Shown piece by piece: positions 13,369 to 24,462 of a stretch of DNA of 64,000 nucleotides. The DNA is from Amoebidium appalachense. Lineage: Eukaryota; Protista; Ichthyosporea. The number at the start of each line of letters is the position of its first letter. Position 1 is the stretch's first letter. The DNA is taken from assembly GCA_963693365.1 (NCBI GenBank), contig CAVNZM010000017.1, forward strand, positions 3,577,375-3,641,374. Reading direction: 5' to 3'. The translations under genes were made by a program, and so were the position numbers. The notes under the pieces were generated by a model. It was not told the origin of the DNA. It ran no database searches and saw only the letters and a list, made by a program, of their open reading frames with translations.

Positions 13369-14135
13369 TGTTAGATGTAATGTGACTGAGGTGGGACTCA
13401 GCTTTTCCGGGGGCCGGGGGGGAGTTGAGATATACTAATCCGTCTCAGCAGATCAGCCTAAGTCTACGATCGAGATCCCGGGGGGGGGGGGGGGGGGGGG
13501 GGGGCCGGGTCCACAGATCATCAAGATCTAGTCCGGGGCCTCACGATAGCTGTACAGCTGTGTGCATCTTGCCTCTGCCGGCACAGGGCAGGACCACGTC
13601 AGCCGGGGCAGCCAACCAATAGAATTCTAATTATTGTGTAGGATAGATCATAGTAGGACTTTGGAATGTGATAAGTTCGGGCAGAAGCCCTTTGTAAATA
13701 TTGGCAAGTTTTGATAGTATATGCTGCCAAACGTATTTATATAGTTCGATGTAGAGGAAAGGGGGGGGGGGGGGGGGAGATAGTATGAAATATAGAATTA
13801 GACTCTGCGGTGCCACAAGGGGAAGGGAGAGGGGTGAGACTTAGATAATTATATTAGTGTGAGCCGATCGACTTAGCTCGTGCAGGCGCACGATAGAGTT
13901 AGATCGAAATGTATGGAATGTGGCATCGTAGGGGGCCAGGTGATGATGATCTTGTAGGGCACGGCCTTGATGGCCTCAGTTGTGACTTAGCCTCATTCCG
14001 TTCGGATCTAAGTTTGCCCGTCGGAGCCTGGTCTTAATAAACTTTACCGTTTTTCAGTACACGTTCGTCCCTTTCCGTGTGTGTACACTTAGAAGAGTGC
14101 CGCGTCTCTTAATACATACACGTTAGGATACGACA
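13369..14135 (+). repeat. Gypsy-2 LTR (3' LTR, ~767 bp, TGT...ACA)
   Basis: Starts TGTTAG after the PPT, ends CGACA; inverted homolog at 17846-18570. Confidence 0.9.
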
Positions 14136-14307
14136 GGGTTAGTGTGAGGTACCTCCGGATATAGGCGGTCACCATTAGCACCCCCCCCTCCCCCCGGCAT
14201 ACCAATGCCCCCGGGCAATTCCTGATGAGTTAGTGCATGTATGTGGGGGGCCAGGTCTGTGGCCACCCTGCCCCCCACGGTGTTGGTTAACCCGTCAGAT
14301 CCATGGG

Positions 14308-15252
14308 TTAGACCAACACCCTCCCCCTCTGCCTGCACATTCTCACACCCGGGGTGACCCTCCTTCCTCTTGGGGGTCGGGGGACTGGGACCGGTGCTGT
14401 CCCGGTCCCCCCCCCCATCGTGTCGGGTGACATTTTGGTGGCTAACGTTAAATAAAGTTGTTCCGCCTCCTCCTGAGTCACCCTTCGAGCCGGCACCTCC
14501 TTTTGGGTAATAAGAGAGACCTCTATACTACCAATCTCATTAGTGAAACTACCGACGGAAACACCTGACCTAGTCACTATAGGCTCGATGCCCGGATTCA
14601 CTAATTCTATTTCTATCGTCTTATCCGGCCATACCCTACTAAGGGTCCATTGAGCCACCTCCTGAAATGGGGTTTTCGGTGTAAAAACCCCTAAATCCCC
14701 TATCCTAACATGATTGCCGGCCCGGACACGTACCGTTTGGCACTGATAGGGCTCGATTACTACTTCAGCTACCGTTCTAGCACCAGACTGATAACCGTCG
14801 AGCCCATCGTGGGTTTTAATTTTAACGCCGGACTGCAATTCTAAAACATTCGTACGTTCAAACAAAGCATTCACATGTCTACGGAAAAATGGGGCCCCCA
14901 ACAAAACACTTTGAGCTAAATCCTTAACCACATAACAAGCAATATGCATAGCCTGGCCACCTATCTCACACGGCAACACACAAACACCTTCAAGAGACAT
15001 ACTACTATTATTAGCACTACCTAAGGCCGCGCTAGAAGCAGCTAAAATAGGAATTTCCCCCCCGGCCTGATTAAAACGACGAATAAACGAAGCATGCACA
15101 CAATTAACCTGAGCCCCTCCGTCGAGCAAAGCAACAGCCTTCAACTTACCATCAGCTAACCATACGTCTATATAATGCCGGCTAAAACCAACTAAATCCT
15201 CCTCCAATTCGAGCAACACATCATCACTCACACCCAGACCCTCCCTGCCCAC
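14308..15252 (-). pseudogene. Gypsy-2 retropepsin protease plus downstream spacer domain
   Basis: ALLDGGAQVNCV active-site motif and VLLGAPFF. Confidence 0.85.
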
Positions 15253-15876
15253 GAAGACTCACACCCTCGATACCTACGTGTAACATACCTACCTGTGCTG
15301 CCTGCACGGGTGGGGTGGGGTGTGTATGTGACGTGGGTGGTGGTGGAGTGTGTGCGTGTGTGTGTGGTGTGTGGGTGGGTGGTGTGTGTGGTGTATGTGT
15401 GGGTGTAGGTGTGTCTGCAATCGTCGTGTGTTGTGGTGGTGGTGTGTTTCTACGTGTCTGTGCCTTCCTCCCCCTTCCCCCTTTACTCGTGTGTGTCCCC
15501 CCCCTCCCGGAAACAATGGCACAGAAACCCCCTCCGGTGTGGTTAGAACAAACACTGGGTTGGGACAAGAAACACTGAGACCATCCACTTGTGGCTGGGG
15601 AACCTCCCCCAACCACAAAACATTCACACCATTCATACCTTTGGTAGAATCACCCCACAAACATCCATGCCATACCACCTCGACGCTGTCTTGAGGACCC
15701 ACGACGATGCCGGCTCCCACACGTATCGGGGCGGTGAGGGGGCAAAGGGAAGCTTAACCTGGGGTGGGGGAGGGTAGAGGTTCTCTGCAACCTGGGGGGG
15801 ACCGATACTATCCCCCCCCTCCCTCAGTGACCCCAGCTTCCCCCTCCCCCGGAACTCAATAGCCCTGGTAGCTACG

Positions 15877-17054
15877 GCAATATATATGCAGCAGAGTGCC
15901 CTTGCCGGCCACAAAAGTAACATGCACCAAATAAGGGGCCAGGGGGGACTTCATAACCTTGGCGCAAAGCGTAACCGGGAGCCCGGTCGTGCTGGGGGGG
16001 CCCACCGTGTGCACCACGGCCCCCCCTTCCCCCTGCCCCCCTCGGCCTCTCTCACCACCAGCACTAAACCCACCACGGCCTCCGTGTCCACCCCTACCAC
16101 CATGCTCTCCTCCGAACCCACCTCTATGGCCACCATGCTCACCACCATTTCCACCCCTCCCTCTACCCTGCCCACCACCACGAGCAGGATAAGGGGCAAA
16201 CCTCTCGTCGAACTGCTGTGCTGTCCTCCACGCCCACCACGCCCCCGACCGCCGTGTCCACCCCGGCCGCCGCCACGGCCACCCCGGAAGCCGAAGCCCC
16301 CTCGGCCAGAGAAGACGGCCTGGAAGAGCTCGGCAACCTGCTTGACCAACACTGTGAGTGCATCTGGCTGTTCACCCTCTTTCTCTTCTTTTTCCCCTTT
16401 CTTTCCACTCTCCTTCTTTTTCTTATCTACCTCCATCACCTCCTTCCTATCCCTCTTATTGAACTTCACCTCGTGCATGGCAAGCAAGTGACGTTTAACA
16501 TGAACACCACCTCATCCACATCATCATGCTCCCCAAACATGCGTGCAGTGTCTGTATTTACAGAGAGAGCCTTACGAGCAAACTCGAACTTTTCCCTAGC
16601 ACTCACGTCACCAGCTAGCTCACAAAGGTCTTCAAAGACCCGATACTCCCTTTCAAAGAATGCACGAGCTTCTACAGGGGACATATCTAAAATGGGGAAG
16701 GTATACTTAAGTCCATTCCCTTAGCTGGGCCCTAAACGTACGGCGCCGGTCGGCCGTCAGGTATCTGTTGACGAGCCGGGCCGTGTACTCGAGCTCGTTC
16801 TCGGGCCTGGTGAAGGCCTCGAGCTCACCATCGACGTCGTCGGTGCTGTTCTCGTCCTCGTCGTCGGAGATGAACCGTGCTGCCAGACGTTTCTGGCCAA
16901 GCGTACGGGACACCATCTCGTCTCTCTCCTCGTCGTACTGCTGCTCGTAGATACGAGCCGTCACCTGGGGGGCCTGCTCGGCCCTGTACGGGTGCTCCTC
17001 CATGAGGGTGCACAGGTCGGCCTTCGTTTTGTGGTCGATGCACTGCTTAATCAT
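15877..17054 (-). pseudogene. Gypsy-2 gag (frameshifted), with RGG tract and CCHC knuckle
   Basis: Consecutive minus-strand fragments; RGG-rich tract; CX2CX4H knuckle; position between LTR and protease. Confidence 0.75.
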
Positions 17055-17259
17055 TTAAGCAAGAGGCCGCCAAAGTAGGGGCCTTCTTAGCATCTGTCAC
17101 TAGTGTGGGTGTGTTTCAAGTGTCCTAAGCCACCGTGGTATTTCCGAGTCGTGTTTAAGTATGAAGCTAAAAGCGGTGGTTTGCCTCACGTCTAGTGTGT
17201 GGACCTGTGGTATCTGTGTATGTAGGGAGCTATCCTCCGCTGCCAATGCGTAGAACATA

Positions 17260-17664
17260 TATTAAGTTTGTAAACGTGTTTTCTTTGCAGGAGAATTAGA
17301 TAGCCCCGTTGGAGTAAAATTGTGTGTTGCGAGTGTGCTGTAAACTTCGTGGTAGTATAATGCTGTAGGCCATGGTGTGTTTGATGTGTGTGCAAAGTTT
17401 CAGGCTGCTAGCATTTTTATTTAGGGAGCTGTAGCTGTTTTTATGTTCTGTGGGATATTTTTTAGCTTAGTTTTTGCCCACCCACCACACCCTTTGCCTA
17501 TTTAGGCACTAGACTACGTTTTTTGAGCATGTTTCTGTATGACATTTGTCATTCTTTTCATTGCTCCTGTGGAGCACACCTGTGCCTGCTTGTGAGATTG
17601 ATCCACAGGCACCGGCTCATGTATCCCCTTGCTGGGGCTGGTAAAGACGACGTTGGCATAAGAA
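17260..17664 (+). mobile_element. ORF-less 'solo' derivative of the YR element (A-spacer-B), inserted in the Gypsy-2 leader
   Basis: Reverse complement matches the full 96-bp B repeat, the 6961-7051 spacer and an internally deleted A, and carries both outer termini. Confidence 0.88.
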
Positions 17665-17723
17665 TCTATGTTAAACTTAGCCATGGTGTTGTGTGTGCCC
17701 GACTCGTGTGGTTGTTTTTGTGT

Positions 17724-17758
<35 letters not shown>

Positions 17759-17845
17759 TGTTTCTAAGGTGTAGCAACAGCCCAGAAGAAACTGTCACCG
17801 CTTTTACCTAGCGCGAAAAACCGCACTAAAAGAAAAGGTGTAGCT

Positions 17846-18570
17846 TGTCGTATCCTAATGTGCGTGTACTAAGAGACGCGGCACTCTACTAAGTGTACAC
17901 ACACGGAAAGGAGCGAACGTGTACAGAAAACGGTAAAGTTTATTCTAGACCAGGCTCCGACGGGCAAGACTGAGATTCGTACGGAATCCAGCTAAGTCAC
18001 AACTGAGGCCATCAAGGCCGTGCCCTACAAGATCATCATCACCTGGCCCCCTACGATGCCACATTCCATACATTCCGATCTAACTCTATCGTGCGCCTGC
18101 ACGAGCTAAGTCGATAGGCTCACACTAATATAATTATCTAAGTCTCGCCCCTCTCCCTTCCCCTAGTGGCACCGCAGAGTCTAAATCTACATTTCATACT
18201 ATCTCCCCCCCCCTTCCCCCCCCCTCCTCTACTCCTACCTATACATCGAAATATATAAATACGTTCGGCAGCATACGCTATCAAAACTTGCCAATATTTA
18301 CAAGGCCTTCTGCCCGAACTTATCACATTCCAAAGTCCTCCTATGATCTATCCTACACACTAATTCTAGTTCTATTGGTCGGCTGCTCCAGCTGACGTGG
18401 TCCTGCCCTGCGCCGGCAGAGGCAAGATGCTCGCAGCTGTACAGCTATCTTGAGCCCCGGACTTGATCTTGATGATCTGTGGACCCGGGCCACCCCCCCC
18501 CCCCCCCCCCCCCCCCCCGATCTTGATCGTAGACTTAGGCTGATCTGCTGAGACGGATTAGTATATGTCA
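17846..18570 (-). repeat. Gypsy-2 LTR (5' LTR, first ~55 bp missing)
   Basis: Inverted homology to 13424-14135. Confidence 0.9.
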
Positions 18571-19055
18571 ATCGGTCTGCGGGATTGCCGGCTGATGAGC
18601 TGCCAATAAGCGGTGCTTCGGTATCCAAAGATAGCTCTCTTTTTTCATGGTATTGCAACGACCAAAACTCACTTTGGGGTCAGGAAAATTGATTCACTTT
18701 CAAATCTGCCGCGGCGGAGCCGCCGCACCGAGGTGCTGCTGCCGCTTTGATGGCGCCAAAATGCTACCTTTTTGCTCCAAAAATGTTTTGAGGAATATTT
18801 TATGTTGTTGGTAACCTTACAAACACGCACATACACTACACCGTGAATGGCGTAGCCACATTAGTACTGGAAGCCGCTGATACTTATACTCCCGGGGCCG
18901 AACAACCGAACCGCGGGGTCTCGGCCCCTGCCGGCCGCCAGGGTCACGCTCCCTAATCCCCCTCCCTCCTCCCTCGCCCCCTCCTCCCCCCTCCCCCTCC
19001 CCCCCTCCCGCCCCCCTTCCCTCCCTCCCTCCCTCCCCCCTTGCAACACACACTG

Positions 19056-19139
<84 letters not shown>

Positions 19140-20037
19140 CGACAGACACAGACACATAGGCACACATGTGTGTGTCACACATGAGTACATTCAGTCCCAA
19201 GAACTCGCAGCCCGGTCATGTATCGGACGGGCCGGGATAATATGGATAACCGATGGATATTGGTGGGTGTTTGAATTTAACCACCTAGGCTGATGGGTTT
19301 TTTATGTCGATGCAGATATCTCAGGAATTGTGGCGAAATTTTGAATTCTGAAACATGTTTCACCCGGAAGTTGATGGCGCTGAGCACATACTATCCTTGT
19401 TTTTGTTATAGCAACCCTCCTTCATCATTGATTGTTTTCCAGAAAAGCACCAATTTAGGGTCACTTTGTAAAAATTCAGATTTTCAAACCAAAATTTCAA
19501 GATGTTCCCGCGGTGTCGCTGGGCAAGTATCCGGGTGCATTCCGGCTCGTACTGACTGTGCCCTCTAGCCTATGTACGATAAATCGACGCTGGCTAAGTC
19601 AAGGTAGGTGAGTCACGTGATCAGCCGCTCTCCGTATCGTCCGCGTCTCCTTGAAAAATAAGAGCTACCTCAGAAGGTAGCAGGGGTGCATTTGAAGCAG
19701 CTATCAAGACGGATATTTTGACATGCCCGTTCCTTCAATATCTCGATTCTATGGGGAGCAACATGCCCCAGATCGGAGGTGCCACTTGAGGTCCGAAATT
19801 GGGGATCAGTCTTGAGGCACCATGCCACTGTAGTTGTGTTCCTATCTCACACGCGTGTGCAAGCGCCCACACACACACACAGAGAGAGAGAGACACACAC
19901 ACACTCACACACACTCACGGCACTCCGTCATACACATAACCGGCCCCGTGCGCGGACACGGCTGCCCGCACACATACACATGATCTTTCGCTCCACACCG
20001 CATATACGCACACACACACACTGTGAGACACACACCG

Positions 20038-20140
<103 letters not shown>

Positions 20141-20836
20141 GGTCTCATAGGTGTGTATGCAAACTTTCACATGCGATCGTTGGCTTGTTTATGTGTGTTT
20201 CAAATAGCCTGCTTTAGCACTTTCGGTCTCGTTTATGGTAATTTTTCAAGTGAGTAGCTAATCCGCTATAGGGTGCATGGCACTATGTGAATAAGATTAA
20301 TAATTATTTGGCATTCCCCCCCCTCCCCACACGCACTCACACACACACTGGCACACGGCACGGAGGCAAAAAATGGCATGGTAAAAATGAAGATAATGGA
20401 GACTACTACTCGGAGTCCGGAAAAATTAAGATAAACAGGGTCCCTATTAATATTTTTTAAATTCCAATGATTTTAAATTTCAGTCACCCCCTGTATTTGC
20501 AAAAACCAGGGGTAAATGAAGGTCGTGGATAGAAAGGTCTAGCTAAGCACAGGCTACCGCGCAGCCCGCATTACGTAGGTGAGATAGACACTGGCCGGGC
20601 TACATATGAAGTCAGGAGCCAGTCACGATCATATGCATGTACCGGCTGCTCATTCCTGTATTCTGTGAATAACCTAGCCTAAGTTACTAACCCCCTACGG
20701 TCTACCCCCCCCCCCCCCGGCTTGGAGGGCTCCATGCAGTTCAGATTATGACCAAGACCGTCCAGCATTACATATTTTCAAGTTATGTCAGTCACCGCAT
20801 TTTCAGGGGGTTTTTTACTGGCAGACGGTATCTGCT

Positions 20837-21343
20837 ATGTATATACTGTACAACGGAAATATGTATTCAGGACATCGCCCAAACCCCTCCTTCGCTATAC
20901 GTTGCCCATATTTAGGCATCAGCACCATGCGTGACCGTCTTTACACCCTCGGTGTCCTCAGCCGAATGATTCCCGACATGCTCTTCATTGGCCGTCGCTA
21001 CACAGTGTTCATTGTGCGTGCCGGCTACCGTGATACCCTCATAAGCATCATCCAACGTGCTACCGACGCCACCTTTCTCGCAGACTTCGATCCTTCGGCT
21101 CCCTACAACACCACACCTAACCGTGCTGACGCAGAGGCCGCTGCCCGGGCCTCTTGGCAACGCCGGGTGCTGGCAAGAATGGCCAACGCCCACGCATGGG
21201 CTGTCAAGGCAGCCACACTTTACCCGGCACACGACAGCCGGGCCAAAACAGCAGCTGAGGTGCGTGCCTACTGGGAGGCTCAGCACGTGCAGGTCTTCAG
21301 CAAGCCCTACGACCCCACCGCCGCACCAGCCAACTCCCAGTAA
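20837..21343 (+). CDS. Putative LINE ORF1 (probably 5'-truncated)
   Basis: Same C-rich composition as ORF2; stops 2 nt before the ORF2 ATG (TAAGCATG); no recognisable motif. Confidence 0.5.
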   Translation: MYILYNGNMYSGHRPNPSFAIRCPYLGISTMRDRLYTLGVLSRMIPDMLFIGRRYTVFIVRAGYRDTLISIIQRATDATFLADFDPSAPYNTTPNRADAEAAARASWQRRVLARMANAHAWAVKAATLYPAHDSRAKTAAEVRAYWEAQHVQVFSKPYDPTAAPANSQ

Positions 21344-23445
21344 GCATGCTCTCCTTTCTTTTCTGGAATGCTCGTAGTCTAAATAAGAGTAAAGCACAGT
21401 TTCTTCTTTCGTTATCCCAACAGGAGTTCCCGTTTATTGTTGTCGCAGAAACGTGGTGGCGAGACCACGCCACACTTTGTCGGTCTGGACGGCTCGTGGG
21501 CGAATCTACTCAGCCTGTGGGCCACAAGCCTCACTCCGGCATAGTGTTCATCGCCGCCTCCCACTTTGTTAACCACTGTTCAGTTATAGCACGTACAATA
21601 CACACACTCACCATCTCAGTTTGTGGCCATATATGCACTTTTGCTTATTTTCCACCTAGCCTTCCACTGCTAGCACTTAAACACGAACTTAACACCATCG
21701 CCCCACATAACCCCACAATAGTGTTAGGAGACTTTAATAGCCCGCTAGTTACCACCCCACACCCCATACACGGCCACCCACAGGCCCTACTTAAACCCAA
21801 CCACCCACGCACGCCAACCTTTCACACTTTTGTTACAGCCTTACGCCTTACTCTTCCATCTGTAGTACAAGAACACCGCACGGACTGGGGGGCAACCTCT
21901 GGTCCTTGCACCTTACACATACACCACAACCTACACCCACCACCGTCAGACCACCTACCTATAGTCTTTCGCACTACACTTAGCCTTTCTACGCCGTCAC
22001 CACAACACACTTACAGACTTAACGTACGCGAACTTAAAAGCCAGCGCGGCCAAGCAGACACTCGCTTCTTTTTCCAGACAGTGCAACCGAGTCTATTATT
22101 GCTTGTGCGTGATGGACGCCAAACCCCGCTACGCACCGACCAGACCTTCATCGATAGCGTCTGGTCTACAGTACGAGAAACCTTGTGGGACATAGATGAA
22201 TATGCCTGTTTAGGTGCCCAAGTTTACCCACAAGCACGAACTACACACACTCGCGGCCCTCGAGCGGAGGCTGCCTTACGTAAGCCTCTACCGTATCACA
22301 TGCTATTGGGTAATATTCGGAAGATTGATCGCGGCGATCATTTGATTCGAATAACGGCCGACCCGTCATCCGACCCGGAATCTGCAACCGATTCCTTTTA
22401 CGGCACCCTGTTTAAACGTAACCCAACATGTACGGCCACGGACCTGGGGCAGGCGCCCCCTCCTGTTTTTGTTCCACCCTCCGACACACCACCACCCCCA
22501 CACACGGCGTGGCCAGCGGGGCCGGCTGAGTTTGGGGCTGAATTGGGGGAACTTTTTACCCCAGATGCGGTATGGCAGTTAGTCTCCCGTTACCCGTCCC
22601 GCAAAGCGTGCGGGCCGGGCGGCATCCCTATGGCACTACTTAAGGTACTCATCCCACCCCGACCCGAGAAAGACGAAAAGCGTGGCCCGCCGCCACCACT
22701 TACATGTATTCTTAGCGAGTTGTTTAGCTGGTATTCTGATGTCGGTAAAGTGCCCTCGGAGTGGCTAGACACCTTAGTGTTTCCCATCAAGAAAACGGTT
22801 GCACAGGGTCCCATTCACGTATTTCGCGCTATCACCCTTACGTCCGTTTTTCGCCGATTATCCGAAAGTGGCCTTTTACAGGCCTTTTCCCGTAACCCCA
22901 CCCTTAAGCAGGCTTCCCAGCTGAGCCCTCTTCAGGCGGCGTTTCGGCATCGGCACTCATGTTACGCACAAATCCTCACTCTACATAATGCAACTCAAAG
23001 TGATACCGAGCACCTCGTATTTATCGATTTTAAGAACGTGTATGACACGACACGGTCGACCTCCCTCGCCTGTGGGCCAAGATGGCCACTCGCGGTGTCC
23101 CATTCCAAATGCGTCGGCTACTGGAAGCTATGTTTACGTTTACACGCGGACGAGCTGTGGTTAATGTGCGGCTATCCCCAGGGTTTACCCGCACACGCGG
23201 GGTACTTCAAGGGTCCCTGCTAAGTCCTCTTCTTTTCAACCTGTATATTGATGATTTAGCCGACACTCTTTCTGCGGCACAAATTGACGGGGGGTTGCCA
23301 TCCCAGGCTCCCCCCGCCCTCTTTTTTGCCGACGATATTGTGCTTCTTATGCCAACGTCGTCTTTACCAGCCCCAGCAAGGGGATACATGAGCCGGTGCC
23401 TGTGGATCAATCTCACAAGCAGGCACAGGTGTGCTCCACCACTCC

Positions 23446-24462
23446 CTACCTGGCACGGGAAGGAACGAACCATGCCGTGGGTGACTGACGCAGCGCTGCA
23501 GCCCGGGCAAGGAGCGACCCAGGCACGCGAATAGAAAGAACAAGAGACTGGCCGGCCTGCACATACCGGCGGAGGGAGGCATGCGATCTCCATCGACCAC
23601 GCAGAGCAATCGTCTCTACTGAAACACCCCTGACATAGTCTCTCGAGGCACCACCATGGCGAAGACTGTGAAGATGGAACCCATACTCGTTGAGGCCGAG
23701 GGAGTCACATGCCGCTTGGAACTTGGCACGCAGAACATCATACGAGAAAGGAAACAGCCGCGCAGAAGGGGGGGCGCCAAGGAACCAGAAAGACAGGATG
23801 GCCAACAGGGACGGATCGGTGATGGGGACAAACTGATTTGGACCGGTCTTGGTGTCGGCCAGGCGGATGCCGCCTGTACCGGGTGGCATGTCGTGGGGAA
23901 CGGGGTCGTCGGGCAATATAAGATCCGTACGGGTGAGCATAAGCAACTCACTGACACGAAAATAACACTCAAATCCAAGCAAAACAGCAATACCAAACAA
24001 GGGGCCAATTTTGGAATACAAATGATGGCCAATGACGAGGACCAATGAAAACGGAAGCGGGGGCGTGGTCTTTGCTCCAACAAGCCGGTTCCAGCCCTGC
24101 AGGCTCCGTTGGGCGGCCTGCAGGTGTGGACCCAGGCGTGGCATGAAATGCTTGATGCCGGCAGCTGTGTTGACACAGCGCTGACGCTGGCCACGCGATG
24201 GATCAATGGCATAACACTCCTCAAAATACTCCACCAGGAGGTCGTCCAGTTCGGCGGGGGACTTGGTGTCGGTACCAGGGGGCAACCAATCCAGGAACTC
24301 AACAACAGCATCCCGGTAGGCCTTGAGGGTTGGGGGCTTTATGGCCTGGTCAGCCAGAAAACCGCGAGGGACCATCTGCAGGATTGTGGGCTGACGGCAG
24401 CCACACACAATACAAACGAATGTCGAGGGCAAGCGTGTCGGCAGCCACCTGGCGGCATACAC
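23446..24462 (-). CDS. Tyrosine recombinase (true start uncertain; overlaps RT/RH ORF)
   Basis: Catalytic set R (CYFRVSE), K (DTKTG), HSLR, GRW, Y (LRRY). Confidence 0.93.
   Translation of the reverse strand: MYAARWLPTRLPSTFVCIVCGCRQPTILQMVPRGFLADQAIKPPTLKAYRDAVVEFLDWLPPGTDTKSPAELDDLLVEYFEECYAIDPSRGQRQRCVNTAAGIKHFMPRLGPHLQAAQRSLQGWNRLVGAKTTPPLPFSLVLVIGHHLYSKIGPLFGIAVLLGFECYFRVSELLMLTRTDLILPDDPVPHDMPPGTGGIRLADTKTGPNQFVPITDPSLLAILSFWFLGAPPSARLFPFSYDVLRAKFQAACDSLGLNEYGFHLHSLRHGGASRDYVRGVSVETIALRGRWRSHASLRRYVQAGQSLVLSIRVPGSLLARAAALRQSPTAWFVPSRAR

Larger units (their letters stand above)
12074..14135 (+). mobile_element. Gypsy-2 chromovirus, 3' part (integrase-chromodomain, PPT, 3' LTR)
   Basis: RFGCPRVLLTD, TTSAYHPQA, YNSTPH..TGFSPFYLVYG, FIGPY, chromodomain VDKIMDKK..YYIIRFEG..DQWLPEFHL; PPT AGGGGG directly before the LTR. 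Confidence 0.9.
14136..18570 (-). mobile_element. Gypsy-2, 5' part (LTR, leader, gag, protease), opposite orientation
   Basis: 5' LTR at 17846-18570; gag fragments 17054-15951; zinc knuckle CYFCGRQGH..C at ~15923-15877; protease ALLDGGA. Confidence 0.88.
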
